Source: Rhizodiscina lignyota (lineage: Eukaryota). Taken from it: DNA of 64,000 nt. The notes beneath the pieces were generated by a model. The model was given only the letters and a program-made list of their open reading frames with translations. It did no database searches and was not told the DNA's origin. Shown here piece by piece: positions 11,428 through 24,328 of this stretch; position 1 is the first letter of the stretch; the number at the start of each line of letters is the position of its first letter. Location: the NCBI GenBank assembly GCA_010015805.1, contig ML978131.1:248001-312000 (forward strand). The letters run 5' to 3'. The translations under genes were made by a program, and so were the position numbers.

Positions 11428-13994
11428 TTGATTGGAAAACACGCTACCTGCTCATGATTTGAATTCGAGTCGATCTTCTTACCTCGGTGTTTGTACCTAT
11501 ATGCTCGGCGAACGTCGAGGTAGCCAGCCACAGTGAGGCCTCACCTGGTGTTGAGGCTAGTGCCGGGTGGTTGTAGGGTCGCAGCGACCAGTAATGGAAG
11601 GCGCGACTGCTCGAATATCAGAGCTTATTCTTGACGCCCAATTATCAGCTTACAAGTCAATCCCCCCATACATATATTCAACGTCCAGCCTCTCGTGCAG
11701 GCTGCACTTCACAGACCAGCTCGCGTAATCCGTTTGCGGCCGTCAACGGCTCGGGCGCGGAAAGCCCCATGTTTGAGGATGAGGTTAAGCGAACACGGAG
11801 ATATCCCAGACGTCAATCAGTTTGCCCGTCCGCAGCCTGAGCCAGAATCGTTCAGCTCAAGCCTCTCACTGACCCGCAGGATCGATCTTCAGAGCGAGCC
11901 AAACGCAAAGGCAGTGTGGCAGTTTCTCAACATGCCGTCAAGCGTTGGCATCATGTACGAAGAGAGAGCAGAATCCTTCGAACATGCATCATCCTGTCCA
12001 AAAGCACACCGCTGTGCCGCTTCCGGAAATATGGTTCCCAAATAGGGTTGACAGCTGCCGTCCGCCCCCACGGTTGCCGCGTCTTGTCGAGATGAGAGAA
12101 AGGCCGTGGAGGTGACGGCGTTAGTGGGATGTCCCAAGCCTTAGCGGAGAGCTGGTTCGCGATGATTCCAACCCGCAAAAGCTTGGCTTTGCGACGGGAG
12201 CGGGATGTCACGATGAGTGGGCGTTGCGCGTTGCGTATGCGGCTTCAATCGGTCCTATGTAAAAACCAAAGGAGTTGCAAAACGTCGTGTCTTGCGCCCA
12301 GCCGGGAGATATGATGTGCTGATGCGGGTGGGGGATGCGGCAGAGGGCTGGCTAAAGAGAAAGGGCATCATGTCGTTTACACAGAGTGATCGACGTTTCG
12401 TCCCAGCCACAGCAGAACCCTCCACCCTCCATCGGGATTGTGGGGAGCGCCGACTCTAGCGACTCGAATCCCTGAACCAGGTTCCTGTCCAATCTTTCCG
12501 TGAGATCCAACGATGCTGTAATGCACGAAGCCGGTGGCTTCATCATGGCAGCTCGACAATTGACGCTGCGCTAGGTATGCAAACTGTTGAGCAGCAAGCA
12601 CCTTCACCATACCGTTTGAAGTTCGGACAGTTCTTCGCTTGTCAGAGCACGGCATTGGCGGCAATTTCCGTAGTCGAAGCCAATGATAAAACAGTTTCAA
12701 GACACGACCATGGCGGAGAATGTTCCGCAAGATTCGAGAGGCCATTTCAATTCTGTGCACGGTTCTCCGCACTTACTCGAAGCGTCACTATGAGGCTCAA
12801 CTCTTCGCAAAAAGAGTCGTATCGACGTGTCGATCACCCCGAGTCTGGGAGATCCTCAGACCGTCACCACGGTCGGACTACGAGTCACTACCCAAATCGC
12901 TACCAGAATTTCGTTCATTTCCCCTGTGGGAGACGTGCGATCTCCTTACGTCGGAGTTTTGAAGCAGTGCTCTAGTGGTAGCGCTGCAAATCTTCCGCGC
13001 CTTTATCATATTCCCGAGGACACTGAGGAAACGTATAGGCTGGCGCACACCTCTCGATGCCGTGAACTGAGGGGATCCTTTATCATTGAGATGGTGCAAC
13101 GAGCTGTTGAGATCCAGTTCCACCGCAGCTGATTGCGCAATAATTCTAGCATCAACCCGGTAGGTTGCGTCGGCGAAGGGAGGCGCTGCTTGCACGATGA
13201 TGTTGTGCGCTGGACAGCGAATGGGGAATTGGTCTAGTTTGAGTTTTGCACCTCCACGAAACAAACTTTCAACGACCACCAACCAGCTCGTTTCGCAGCC
13301 TGCACGTCCGGACCTGCGAGGAGGAGAAATGTGAAGTTCCGGCGCTTGTTGCAGAGGAGATCTCCAGCATTTCTCAGCAAATGCGCGTGAGCAGATCGCA
13401 ATGCAGCATTCGCGGCCATGTCCACTGCATAACGTCAGGCTTCCTTATCTTGGAAGGGCTCGACGACGTGTTGGCTCACCTGCTGTCGACGCTTGCCTCG
13501 AATTCGGACTGCGGCGGCCTCGGGAAGCAAAGCTCAGGGCCCATGTCGGTCAAGCCTGCAAGACAAGGTGGCTAGATCTCCGGCAGGGTTAAGAAGTGTA
13601 AGTTAAGGATGATTTGTGCCAGCGCCTGTTTTCTTCCAGACGCCGACAGGCCGATTGCTCCACCATGGCGCATCTTCACCAGCTGAAGCCACAAGCCGCT
13701 GGCGCAGATTTACATGAACGAACCACGGCCCGCTAGCCGCCTACAGAGCAGTAATATTGCTCTTATGGTCCATCGAAATGGCCCAGCTAAGTTTATATTG
13801 ATGCCCTTGTGCCTCGATGTGCCTGTCATACATTTCGGCACCAAACGGGCGATCCCCTCGCCTGCCGAATTGTATCTGGGGTTCTGCGACGTCAGTTCGA
13901 ACTTGCTCCTTGAAACCTTCTAGGGCTTTCCTCCCTCCATTTCCAAGGGTCGGAAGTTAGTTCCACAAAGGGTACACACCTTGAACCTTTCACC

Positions 13995-16900
13995 ATGGAC
14001 CTGGACGCGCCTCGGGAACCTGTGCTCGGGCAAGATGCAGCGTCACGAGTGAAAAAGGCACGTCGTGCGACCTGGGGCCCGACTGTCGGGCGAACATATC
14101 TCGACTCCACTATGTATGCACATCCCCTCGACAATGGGTTGAAAGTCGCGTCTTCGACAGTCTTGCCATCGATAAGTCGACAATCGTCCACGAGCGTCCA
14201 CCCGTCGATCCCCCCAAAGGAAAAGCTGAGCTTTCTCGACTCCCCGTATAGGCCATCTACCCCTTCGCACGGATATACAATAAACAAACGACACACTCTT
14301 TCCGCAATGGACAAGCGAAAAACTTTCGCTTCCGCTGGATCTCTGAAAAATCCTCTGCGGCTGGCCAATGTGAGGAGATGGGACCCTCGGACCCGGAGTA
14401 CTCAATCATGGGATGGCTTACGACGAGTAAGGACTGCATTTCAAGGTCAAGAATGATGGCTGACAATTTACTAGGACTATGAACTGTTTCATCCAACTGG
14501 CGACTGCCTGGTGCATCTTTACGCCAAGGGCCATTCGAGGAGAGGCCCATCCTTCAGTGTGCATCTGAAGAGGATCCATGAGATGAGATGTGGACCGATG
14601 TTCACCCTTTGCTTTGCAGATGAGACGCCAGAATCTGCCGCGAGACAAATTCCAGGTGCACCAAAGGTCTATGAAATCTTCATCCCCGCCCCTCAAGATG
14701 CCATGCGAGAAGATGCTTTCACTTGGCATATCACCACTCGGAATTTTTTCGCCTTCGTCTTTGGGAAGCCACTGGTTGGCGCGCATCTTGGAAAGGCATT
14801 GGTGGATCTTCAAGAGCGCTTGCATGTCTTTCGGTCTGAAGAGGTGGACAATTTTGCGGACATGGCAGCGTATCTGGAAAAGGCTGGCTATCTGAATTTC
14901 AATCACAACCCGGACTATGCTCTGGCTGTCCTCTACTACGCCGACCACTATAAGCTGCGGGATCTTTGGATCGATGCGTTTGCTCATTCCGTGGGAATGA
15001 ATGACAAACTGAGTGCGAGTTCAGAGTATGAGGTTAGTCACATATATCGTATCTCCGTGAATCGCACTAACGGTAACAGTCCACCTCACGAGTCAACCGG
15101 ACCCTCATCACTCGTGCGTTCTTGGAAATGGACCTGCATCTAGGAAGGGTCTCCAGATCTATGAGTAACTTCCTCGAAGACGAACTCTCTGGCTCGTACC
15201 TCGGTTTGAGTACCGGCGCCCGCGCTCACCTTGATCGATTCCGTTCCTTCCTGCACCAATACTACGTGGAGAAATGGGGCTACTGGCCACCGCCGAAAGG
15301 ATCGCAACTCCCAAAGTCACTCTACAAGTCTATGTACTTTGACTTCAGAGCTCTATACGATTTCCTTGTGGACACTGATTCAACAGACTCGATGCTGTCT
15401 GAAAGACTACCGATTGGTGGAATTTGCGTTCTCCAGAACGTCCAAGCTTTCGACAGACGGCACAAGTATGCACCTCTACCGCATCCACTACCACTGGTTC
15501 CAGATGCAAGCGCGTATGTGAAGGCCCAGTCTCAGAGAGCACTCCTTTCCATCGCACTTGGTACGAAGAATTCCAAAAACAATCGGCAATTCTCGACTCG
15601 AAGCGCTCTCCACGCTGCGACGAATACCCACGACCTTGCTATCGTCAATGCACCGCTGGTCAAGGCGTACCGCCAGTTCGAACGGGAGTGTGCAGTTCGC
15701 AAGGAAGAGAAAGTCTCGCTTGCGGATGCGCGGAAAGTTCGCTGGCTGCTGATCTACTCCATTCTCCAAATGCTCATATCTGTAACACGTGCTCCAAAGG
15801 AAGTGCGAGACACAGATGGTCCAGATTATCCTCTCTGCTGCCTGGTTGCTGGATTGCCTCCATGGGATCTATTGCAACATCCAGCGTTCAATACGCCTGC
15901 ATCCCCAGATGACGACCGGCCGTCTACCGCTCGGCCATCTACCGCTCGGCCATCTACCGCTCGACCGTCTACCGCTCGACCGTCCACCGCTATCTCAGTT
16001 AGATCGACGGTGGATCAGAACGGTATGCCAAACGTGAACAAGGCGCTTCCGAAGGTTCCTGCTTTCGAAATTCAGCCAGATTGTGCGACAGATGCGGTAT
16101 ACATGGGCAGTAGTCGAAATGGCAGTTCTACCAGTATCAACAACCTCGCCAAGCATGGCGAGGCGTTGTCAAGACAATCTACTCCACCAGTCCGCCGTAA
16201 CTCCTCAAAGCGATCCGTCAAAGCATTTTCCTTCAGTAACTTCGGCTCCCGTCGCAACAGCGTTGTCAAGGCCCCTCACGCTAGCTTTTGTGAGATTATC
16301 ATTCATGGCTACGGTAACGGTCTCAATCCAACTATCATTGATACCGCACCCGCGTCGGAGACTCAGGCGAAGGTTGCTGAGCCCGAGCCAGAGTTCGTCG
16401 GCTTGACGCCCACTATCACCAATCCGGAAAGGTCCAACAAAGATCCCACACCGGTCTTGGTGAGAGCCAGCTCTTACTCGACAGAGTACAGTCACACAAG
16501 CGCTGTCCCTGAACCGCTTCAACATCGTGACTCTACCAGGAGACGATCCGTAAAGGTCCCGGAACAGCTCACCAATCTGAACGTGCCGGCTGTACCTGAT
16601 CCCAGCCGCACACCTACTCTTGAAATTTCACAAGTCGAAAAGCTTAAGGACATGATGCCAAGTGGCTCGCACACTCCCAACTCCGACAGTACAGCAACAG
16701 ACAGCGATATCGAAGATGCCTCTCCAGTGTGGTCGTCGCGCCGCGCATCCGCAAGCTCCCAAAGTACCGCTACTGAATCACCAAACGTTGAGAACGAGAA
16801 AGTATCTTTCGAAGAGGATGTCTCTCTGCTACACATTAGTCAATCTACCCCCGAGCTTCTCGACGTCGGTGGCCTTCTCAAAGGATGCACGCCCACGAAT

Positions 16901-17137
16901 CCTGCGCGCAAAGGCATCCTCGTCCACCGCAGCTTTTCAGTCGAGCGTTTCCGCGTGCCGACAAACGGTACAGGTGGCAATGTCATCCCGCCTAACGTCC
17001 TTGCCGCTCGCAAAGAGCGCGACAAGGCATTTGCTTCCGCACAGAGGAAGTGGAGGAGGAGGAGCGTGAGGTATTCGGAAGAGGTGGACATGGTTGCAGT
17101 TCTAAAGAGCGGCCCAGTTGGTACCGTCGGTGCCTGA
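13995..17137 (+). CDS. Large Pezizomycotina-type protein of unknown function (possibly DUF8004-like)
   Basis: Introns 14427..14474 and 15033..15079 join three ORFs. Structured core RWDPRTRSTQSWDGLRRDYELF..GDCLVHLY..TRNFFAF..LWIDAFAHSVGM..DARKVRWLLIY, then a disordered tail. Confidence 0.8.
15917..15991 (+). repeat. Coding minisatellite, 5 x 15 bp (RPSTA)
   Basis: CGRCCRTCYACCGCT repeated five times. Confidence 0.95.
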
Positions 17138-18358
17138 TTTCTCATTCTGCTGCACTCGTTGGCCTTATTTTTGCATCACTTTCACGCAAGGCGTATCGGC
17201 GTAGCATTTCTGGCGTTCAATATCCCCTGGTGACGGGTTTAAGCATTCGCATCATACGCATGTACTGGCGTCTCCTTTATCAGTATCCCCATCACTCGCT
17301 AGGCCGTCTCCTTTTCCAACTGCCAGCTCTCCAAAAGCTCACATCTGCCATCGTTAATCAATTTTCTTAGTGTTCCAGCTGCTAATGTCGTCCGCAGTCG
17401 CATCGAATTCATTTAAATTCTAATGTCTGATGACCTAACGTCGTATTATGACCACTCGTTTTTTTTTTAATTGTTACTGTCTGCTGCGACATCTATTTCC
17501 CTGTCTGTCATTGATACATGCGTAATACCAGAATGTATATCTTGCTGCGCGCGTATAGACCTGTATATATCCAAATTACACATAACCTCCTCAAAACTCC
17601 TCGTCTATCTGCATCCCTAGCATGACTGTGTGTGCATCGCAATGTTTGCTCGCTCTCCCCGAGCTTCTGGATCTTCGATGCTCTCCAACCGAGTATTTCC
17701 AATGCAATGGTTCAGCCCCCAAACAACACGCGGACATCATGCGAAAGATCACAAGATACTTCCAGAGTATCAATCTCGATGTCCTGAGGAATTTCGTCAC
17801 GATCATGGAGATGGAGATCGGTTGGGATGGAAGTGAAGTCACCGGGAAGGGGCATGCAAAAGACCCCTGCGTCGATCACCGTGTAACCCGAAATTTATAT
17901 GCAGCTTCTGGTCACCTGTGAACTTAGAAGATCGCGATGTCCAGGACACTGGAAATGGATCTGATGACTTCAGAATCTGACAGGGACCATGCGCGATGAT
18001 GTTATGGTTCCGTCGTGCGAAAGGGAAAGTCTTTGATTGAGATGTATTGAGCAGTCCACGGCGAAGATACGGCTAAGAACTGAAGTACGTAGATATTTGT
18101 GAAGAGAACGACTGATATCGCAGCGAACTAGGCCCACTATGGTCGTGTTTACTAGGAGTCTATATGGAAGAGGATAGTAGAAGTATTTAAAGTTGAGAGA
18201 CTAAAGAAAGTAGAAGCTGAGAGAACTATGTCTATCATCTTTAGACATCATTGTAGGCCAAGCACAAGCAAGGCTCCTACACTTATGATGGTATCAAAAT
18301 ATGACCTCTATTTGAGTCTTAAATTCTCATCTACAAACACTATGAACCTAGCACTAGT

Positions 18359-19419
18359 TCACAGCTTATCCGTCTCCTCCAATCCTTCTTTCAGAGCCTC
18401 AACAACATCCTCAAGAGTCCCCCTCTTCCTCTTCTCTATCGTCTCCTCGCCCAACACCGTCCCATCCGCAACAAATCGATATGTCCCCGCTATCGAATCA
18501 TATATCCCATCGCCCCACTCCTCTGCCCATCCGCCATCCTCGCGAAACGTCCTCCCAATCTCCCTCATCTCGTCCACCCAGCGATACGCCTTCGGCGCCA
18601 TGCCCACCACCCCCTTCTCCCCCTGCTCCTTCAGCTTCGGCGCAAAGCCGGCCAGGTGTCCGCGCAGCTCGTCCAGCACCCCGAGCCGCGCGGCCGTGCT
18701 GTACGACTGGATCGCCAGCGCGGTGAAGCCCTTGGTCAGGCTGGCGAAGCAGCATTTCAGACCAGACGCACTGCCGATGTCTGGGCCGACATCGCGCGCG
18801 TTGAGCAGGGAGAAGAGGTGCGAGCCGCTCGTAGGCGCGGCAGACAGCGGATGAGGGCCAGATAGCACGATGCTGGGGCGCGTCCACGGCGTCGTGCCGT
18901 TGGCGTCGCTTGAGGCTGAAGCCGGAGGGGGCTTTGGAGGACCCCCGATAATGCCGCCGTCTACGTAGCGCAGCTTTGTGTCGTCATGGTCTTTGAACAG
19001 CGCGCCGATCGTGCGCGCTGTCGCGGGCGAGATGGCGTTCAGGTCGAGGAAGTAGAGCGGCTCTGCGGCTTGTCTTTCCTGCGGCTTGAAGGCGCTTGCG
19101 ATACGGGTAGCGGTGGCGATGGCATCGCGGGGAGGGACGATGGAGAGGATGTAGTCTGCTTGCGCGACGAGGTCTTCGTCGGTGGGGAGGAGGGTTATGC
19201 TGGCGGCGCTGGCGCGGGATTGGGTTGAGGCGCTGGAAGGCTATGAGCGGTCAATTGACTGGAAGTTGGGATCTAAGTAAATGGTATAGGAATAATTTAC
19301 CTTCTGCCCGTAACGTTGGTGATGACCTTGTAGTTATGGGCGTGGAGGAGACGGGCAATTCCCGCTCCCATATCGCCGATACTCAAGATACCAATAGTTG
19401 CTAGGTGCTTGGACGCCAT
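18359..19419 (-). CDS. NAD(P)-binding 6-phosphogluconate-dehydrogenase-like protein with DUF1932-type C-terminus
   Basis: TIGILSIGDMGAGIA Rossmann motif, one intron (~19233..19300), LDLNAISP, YVDGGIIGGPP, ASGLKCCFASLTKG, KAYRWVDEMREIG. Confidence 0.88.
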
Positions 19420-19715
19420 TACGAAGTATGATTTTCGATGGCAGTGTAATCCGATATCTTGATGATTTGATACTTCATAAAGCCAAGAGTATTTTAGAAT
19501 TCGAACGAAATCCGATATAAAGATGACGTGCCCGGAAGCAGCTATCCCGACGGGACGACATTGAACCACCGGCTCCATTGATATCATTGAATGCGTTCTA
19601 AAAGTGCTCTAATGCTAGTCTAGGGTATCAATCTAGAGCTACACAAGGACGACGACACTCGCGCGAGAGCAGCGTGCCAGTAGCATGTTCAAACAAAGGC
19701 CGTATCAATCGTTAA

Positions 19716-21236
19716 TCAATATATCTCCCTCATGCTCTTCCTATCTCTCTCTTTCATCTTTTCTACCATCATATCCACCGTGCTTCCTGGATTCGAGAGT
19801 GCTTCTTTCATCGCATCGCCCTTTTGCGGCATATGTGCGGCGACGTCTGTATCATTCGCCGTGTCATATGCGCCATCTCCAAGCTTATCCGCCTTCGCCC
19901 CGGAGTTCATGCCGCTCTCATTCTCCCAGTGCATCACATCCTTTTTACGGGATTGCTTGCTTCGAGATCTCTGGCTGCGTGATCGTGAGACCTTTGTACG
20001 GGTGAAGTAGTCTGAATCGTCTGATAGGCCTTCAGCAGGAGTACCAACTCCAGAGTGTGAGCCGCCAAAGTCGCGGCCAACGTTCAGAAAATTCGGTCTA
20101 GTATCTCCATCGGAGCTGAAAACATCATCTCCTTCTGACGAGGCCGAAGCGAGTCCCGGAGAAAGGCAGTTGGCAGGGTCAACTGGCGTATCATCATTCT
20201 GCTTCGCCTTGCCGTTGACTGCGAGCTGAGCAGCCTGCTCTGGGTCCTTCGGAGCAGCAGGAGAGTCTCCAATCTCACTCTTCTTGACTGACTGAGCGGC
20301 GGCTTGCATGAAGTCCTGGGTATTCTGACGGCGAGCTCTTCGAGGAAAATCCATGTGAGCATGGTTGCATCCATTCACACAGCCTCCCCATCTGCGTATA
20401 GGAATACCAGGCGACGACTCTCTTGGGTTTGATAGTCCTTTGCTGATGGACTGTTTCCGCCCGTTTTGCTCATTTCCAGCCACTGCTGCCGCCCTCTTCT
20501 TCAGCTCTGACCAGGTCCGGAGCTGATTCTCAAGGACATATTTCCCATTGTCCATATTCTGCTTCATGGTGATGAACTCGCAATGGTTGATGTTCCGGAG
20601 GTCCTCGAAGTACTCCACGCTCCAGTGATACCACTTCATCAAGAACACTCTCGTCATGAGACCGTGCGTAACAAGGACACAGACGCTTGGGAAGTCTTTC
20701 TCGCCGAACTGCCGCCATAAGCTCTCGTTGAAACCGCTGATGCGATCGTACGCATCGGCAGCAGACTCCCCGTTGGGGATACGATAGAAGAAGTGTCCAT
20801 AGTCTGCCCTCTCTTGCCACATCCTCTCCATCTCCGCAGAGCAAGGCTGAAAGTTGCCAAAGTCTTGCTCTCGCAGCCTAGGTTCCTCGTATACAGTGAT
20901 ATGATGTCTTGGGAAAGGGCTTGGATGTGGATCGTCCTGCGTCAGCGTCTTCAATATGGCCTCCGTTGTCTCTCTCGTGCGGCGATAGGGCGAGGTATAG
21001 AATTGGATGGTATCATCGGGCTTGAGCACGGAACGCAGGCGCCGGCCTGCTTCCTCTGCTTGCTGCCAGCCATCCGGGGTGAGCTTGACGCGGTGATCGG
21101 GGACGAACTGATGGATGTCGCGGTTCTTGTTCCCTTCTGACTGGGCATGGCGGATTAGAATGATCATCTGGTTTCCGAATTAGCATTTGCCATGAAGTCC
21201 ACGGGGTGTAGCCTGGCATACTCGTGGTTTCCCCAT
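19716..21236 (-). CDS. DET1: Histidine phosphatase / phosphoglycerate mutase family, Det1-like
   Basis: MGKPR, intron 21168..21221, then MIILIRHAQSEGN; TSPYRRTRET, EEPRLREQDFGNFQ, YGHFFYRIPNGESAADAYDR, LVTHGL. Confidence 0.88.
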
Positions 21237-22337
21237 GATGATAGATGGTCTGGAGTAGAGATATGACGTTGACGGCTTTTCCGCACACTAAAATAGGATT
21301 CCTAAATTGTGGGTTTTGAAACGTTGACAAGGAAAAAGGCTGAAGGAGAGGGGTGAGTTTGTTAGATGCAGGAGGAAATCCCCGGACTCAGGCAAATGCA
21401 CGAGTCATGCGGACATGGATGGTGGCGTTCGCCTGGCTCGCCCCCGAAAGGCACAGTGCGTGAAAGCACTGGACCTGCATTTGCTTTTTCTCGCCCAGCA
21501 AAACCCATTTCATTGCCCCGTACTTTGGAACATCATACCATTACCTCTAACCTACCTCATTGAAAACTCTCTATATCTCCATGCCTTCTCATAGTGCGTA
21601 GGTATTCTCAAGGAATCGTTATCCTATGTTTCCTAAACATGTCACAATCTGACCTATCTGCTTTACGTACCTATCCGATGTCTGAGCCTCCATATGCTCC
21701 AAAGTTGTCGATGATTGATGCTTCCCTCGATACCGTTGTGAATCTATTGGAGATCCCGGCGATAGTACCATAATCTGATTCTCGCTCGTATCCTGCGACA
21801 TAGTTGAAAGACTCTTACAGAAAAGCTGACATAACAAGGTTCAAGTTCCTCTTCGCTCAATCTCATTGCTCCTATTAATGTCAGCCCGTTGAACTAAGGA
21901 CGATATTCCGCAGTCAGACCACGGTACTGTGGTCTATATGACTCTTCGATTCGTATTCACAGCTTGATTTAGAAATAGATGTATTATCTAATCCTTCACT
22001 ATCATCTTCAATCTATCACCCTATCCCAGCATAGCTCAGCCGCCAGTCTCCGCAGTCTATTGAGTAACCCATTCGTTCCTGAATCTTTCCTGCAAATTAA
22101 TTATTCTCCTGTCAGCTTATGGCTGATGATGGGTTCCGATTCTCCGCCTCGTTTTCATCACTGGACGATGATGTCAATGAGAAGATGCGGTCGATATAAA
22201 ACCTCCCTTCAGTATGCACGACAAAACGAGCATTTGGAAAAAGCAAATCTTGATCCACTGCAGTTCTGACCTTTGTTTCATTAAAGCTGCAATTCTCGCA
22301 TTCAAAAAGATTAATATCTTCAATTCATAACGTCAAA

Positions 22338-22787
22338 ATGCTTACCAAGATGCTCATCGTTGGACTTGCTGCTGCAACGACAGCGGTTGCTACCGGAACC
22401 GCGACATTTACACTGTACAGCGGTAAGTAATAGGTAGTTCCAAACCGACAGTTACCCTAAGCTATTGCAGCACAGAGCTAATAGTGCGCTTCTCAAGAGC
22501 CAAATTGCGGTGGCAGCGTGGTCGAGACAGCGAATCTTGGAGAGCTGGACACTCCTCACTTTCCCAAAAACGGCCAGACGTTCGCATCGTGCAGGGTCAC
22601 GGACGTCTCACAATCTCTCCTTGGCCTGAGCCCGCCTGTCCACGGCTCAATCGAGACTTCGAATCAGTGCTGCGAGACTACGTTCAAGCTCACGAACAGC
22701 AACCCCGGCTGTAACAACTTGGATAATGCGGGGATCTTTACGCTCACGAACAAGGGCCCGGCTCTGGGTTCGCAGTGTCTCTGTTGA
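22338..22787 (+). CDS. Small secreted cysteine-rich protein (~124 aa)
   Basis: Signal MLTKMLIVGLAAATTAVA. Intron 22423..22497 (GTAAGT..GCTAAT..AAG) is the nearby splice that gives an open frame. Seven Cys; ends QCLC-stop. Confidence 0.75.
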
Positions 22788-24328
22788 TTCATATACTTCG
22801 CTCAAGCAGCGGTTTCTGGGACATGAAGTGAGTGTGCGCAGGTGGCCGACAGGGATCTGTGATAGCAAAAGGACACTACACACACATTTCCTTGCCTAGC
22901 TAGTGCAAGAGCAAGAATAAAGGATTAATTTCTCGTAGAAAAGAATCACTACCCTCAGTTATTGACACTAGTCGAAGCCCTCATCCTTGTCTCCGCTCAC
23001 CAGGACGGTTCGTTTGGATGCTGTCGGCTACAAACACACCCTCAGTTGCCTTCGGATGCACCTTGGCGAACCCTTGTTCAACTGGAATCGTGGCCAGCCA
23101 AAGCAGTCGTGATAAAAGGAGCTCTCTTTCGTATTGCTCAACCAGAGTGCGATGTCCCGAAAATGCAGTCCCTAACGCTACAGGCTAGCTCTTGATGTTA
23201 AACTCGAGTGCCAAGTAAACGGTCCGCTGTGTAGCGGTACACGGTAGGAACTTTCACATGCTTGTATTTGACATCTTCTCAGTCTTGGGTCACTGCTTTC
23301 GAAGAGGGGGCGCTTTCACATATTAAACTGGGCTCCAACAACAAGCTCAATCTCGGCAGAAAGCAAAGCCACCTCCACTCAACCTCTCAGTCTGCACGAT
23401 TTAGACATGTATTAGTAGGAAATTTATCCAGAAGTTCGCGATACATCATCATTGCCAGAGGGAAAGGCCAACAACGACTACCGTGGAGATACCTCGTGTC
23501 AAACCGACCACAACGGATGTACGCAACACCCGTAGACGAGCTGCGACATCGCTCTCGATACTGAAGAGAGTGGCCTCTCTCAGCGCAGACGGTTGAATTT
23601 ATATCGTAACCTTATAGCCGAGTACGACATAATTTGTTAGTTTCCTGTGAGATAAAAGCAAATTTGCTTGCTTACCACGGCGTCTTATTTGCGGGACCTA
23701 TTATACATCTACTTCTAGCCAAGTCTGGAGCATCGTCTCACCCAAAGCCTCGCCATTTTGCTCGCTTTGGGCTCGTCTAAACTGGGCGACGCACGAAATG
23801 CGATGAATGCGGCAAGTCTGTGCTGGGCCGTGGGGAAATGTGAGGGCGTGCCTGTCACGCTTCCCAGGAATCACCCTCGCTCGCCATCAACTCCGCGCTA
23901 AGATTCGGAAAGCGGCCGTTCCGCTCAATGAGGGAGACCTTGACACTCTCACTCGAAGATAGCGCCCGCTGAGAGGAGATGTGACCGCCACCTCGTTCAA
24001 GGCTAAGTCAATTACCCTTGATTCGCTTGTGCGACGTCTCTGTATTACTTAAGGGCGTTAAGAGCGCCGCTTGTGAAACACGTTCTGTTGGTTAGGTTCG
24101 CGGATCTGTTTCGCCTTTGCCGCTTTGACGTGTGCGACAGCCCTTCAAAGAGGCGACGTCGAGCCTCCAAACACTCCTCTATTTCTGTTCTCGCTTCTTT
24201 GCTTTCATGTTCGAGTCGTTGTACATAGTTTGATCTCATCATCGTTCCATCAATTCGTCTCTGGAGACGGTTTGGGACCTCTCAATTGCGACAGCTGATC
24301 ACCAGGTACCGTTGGAGTGAGCTTCACG

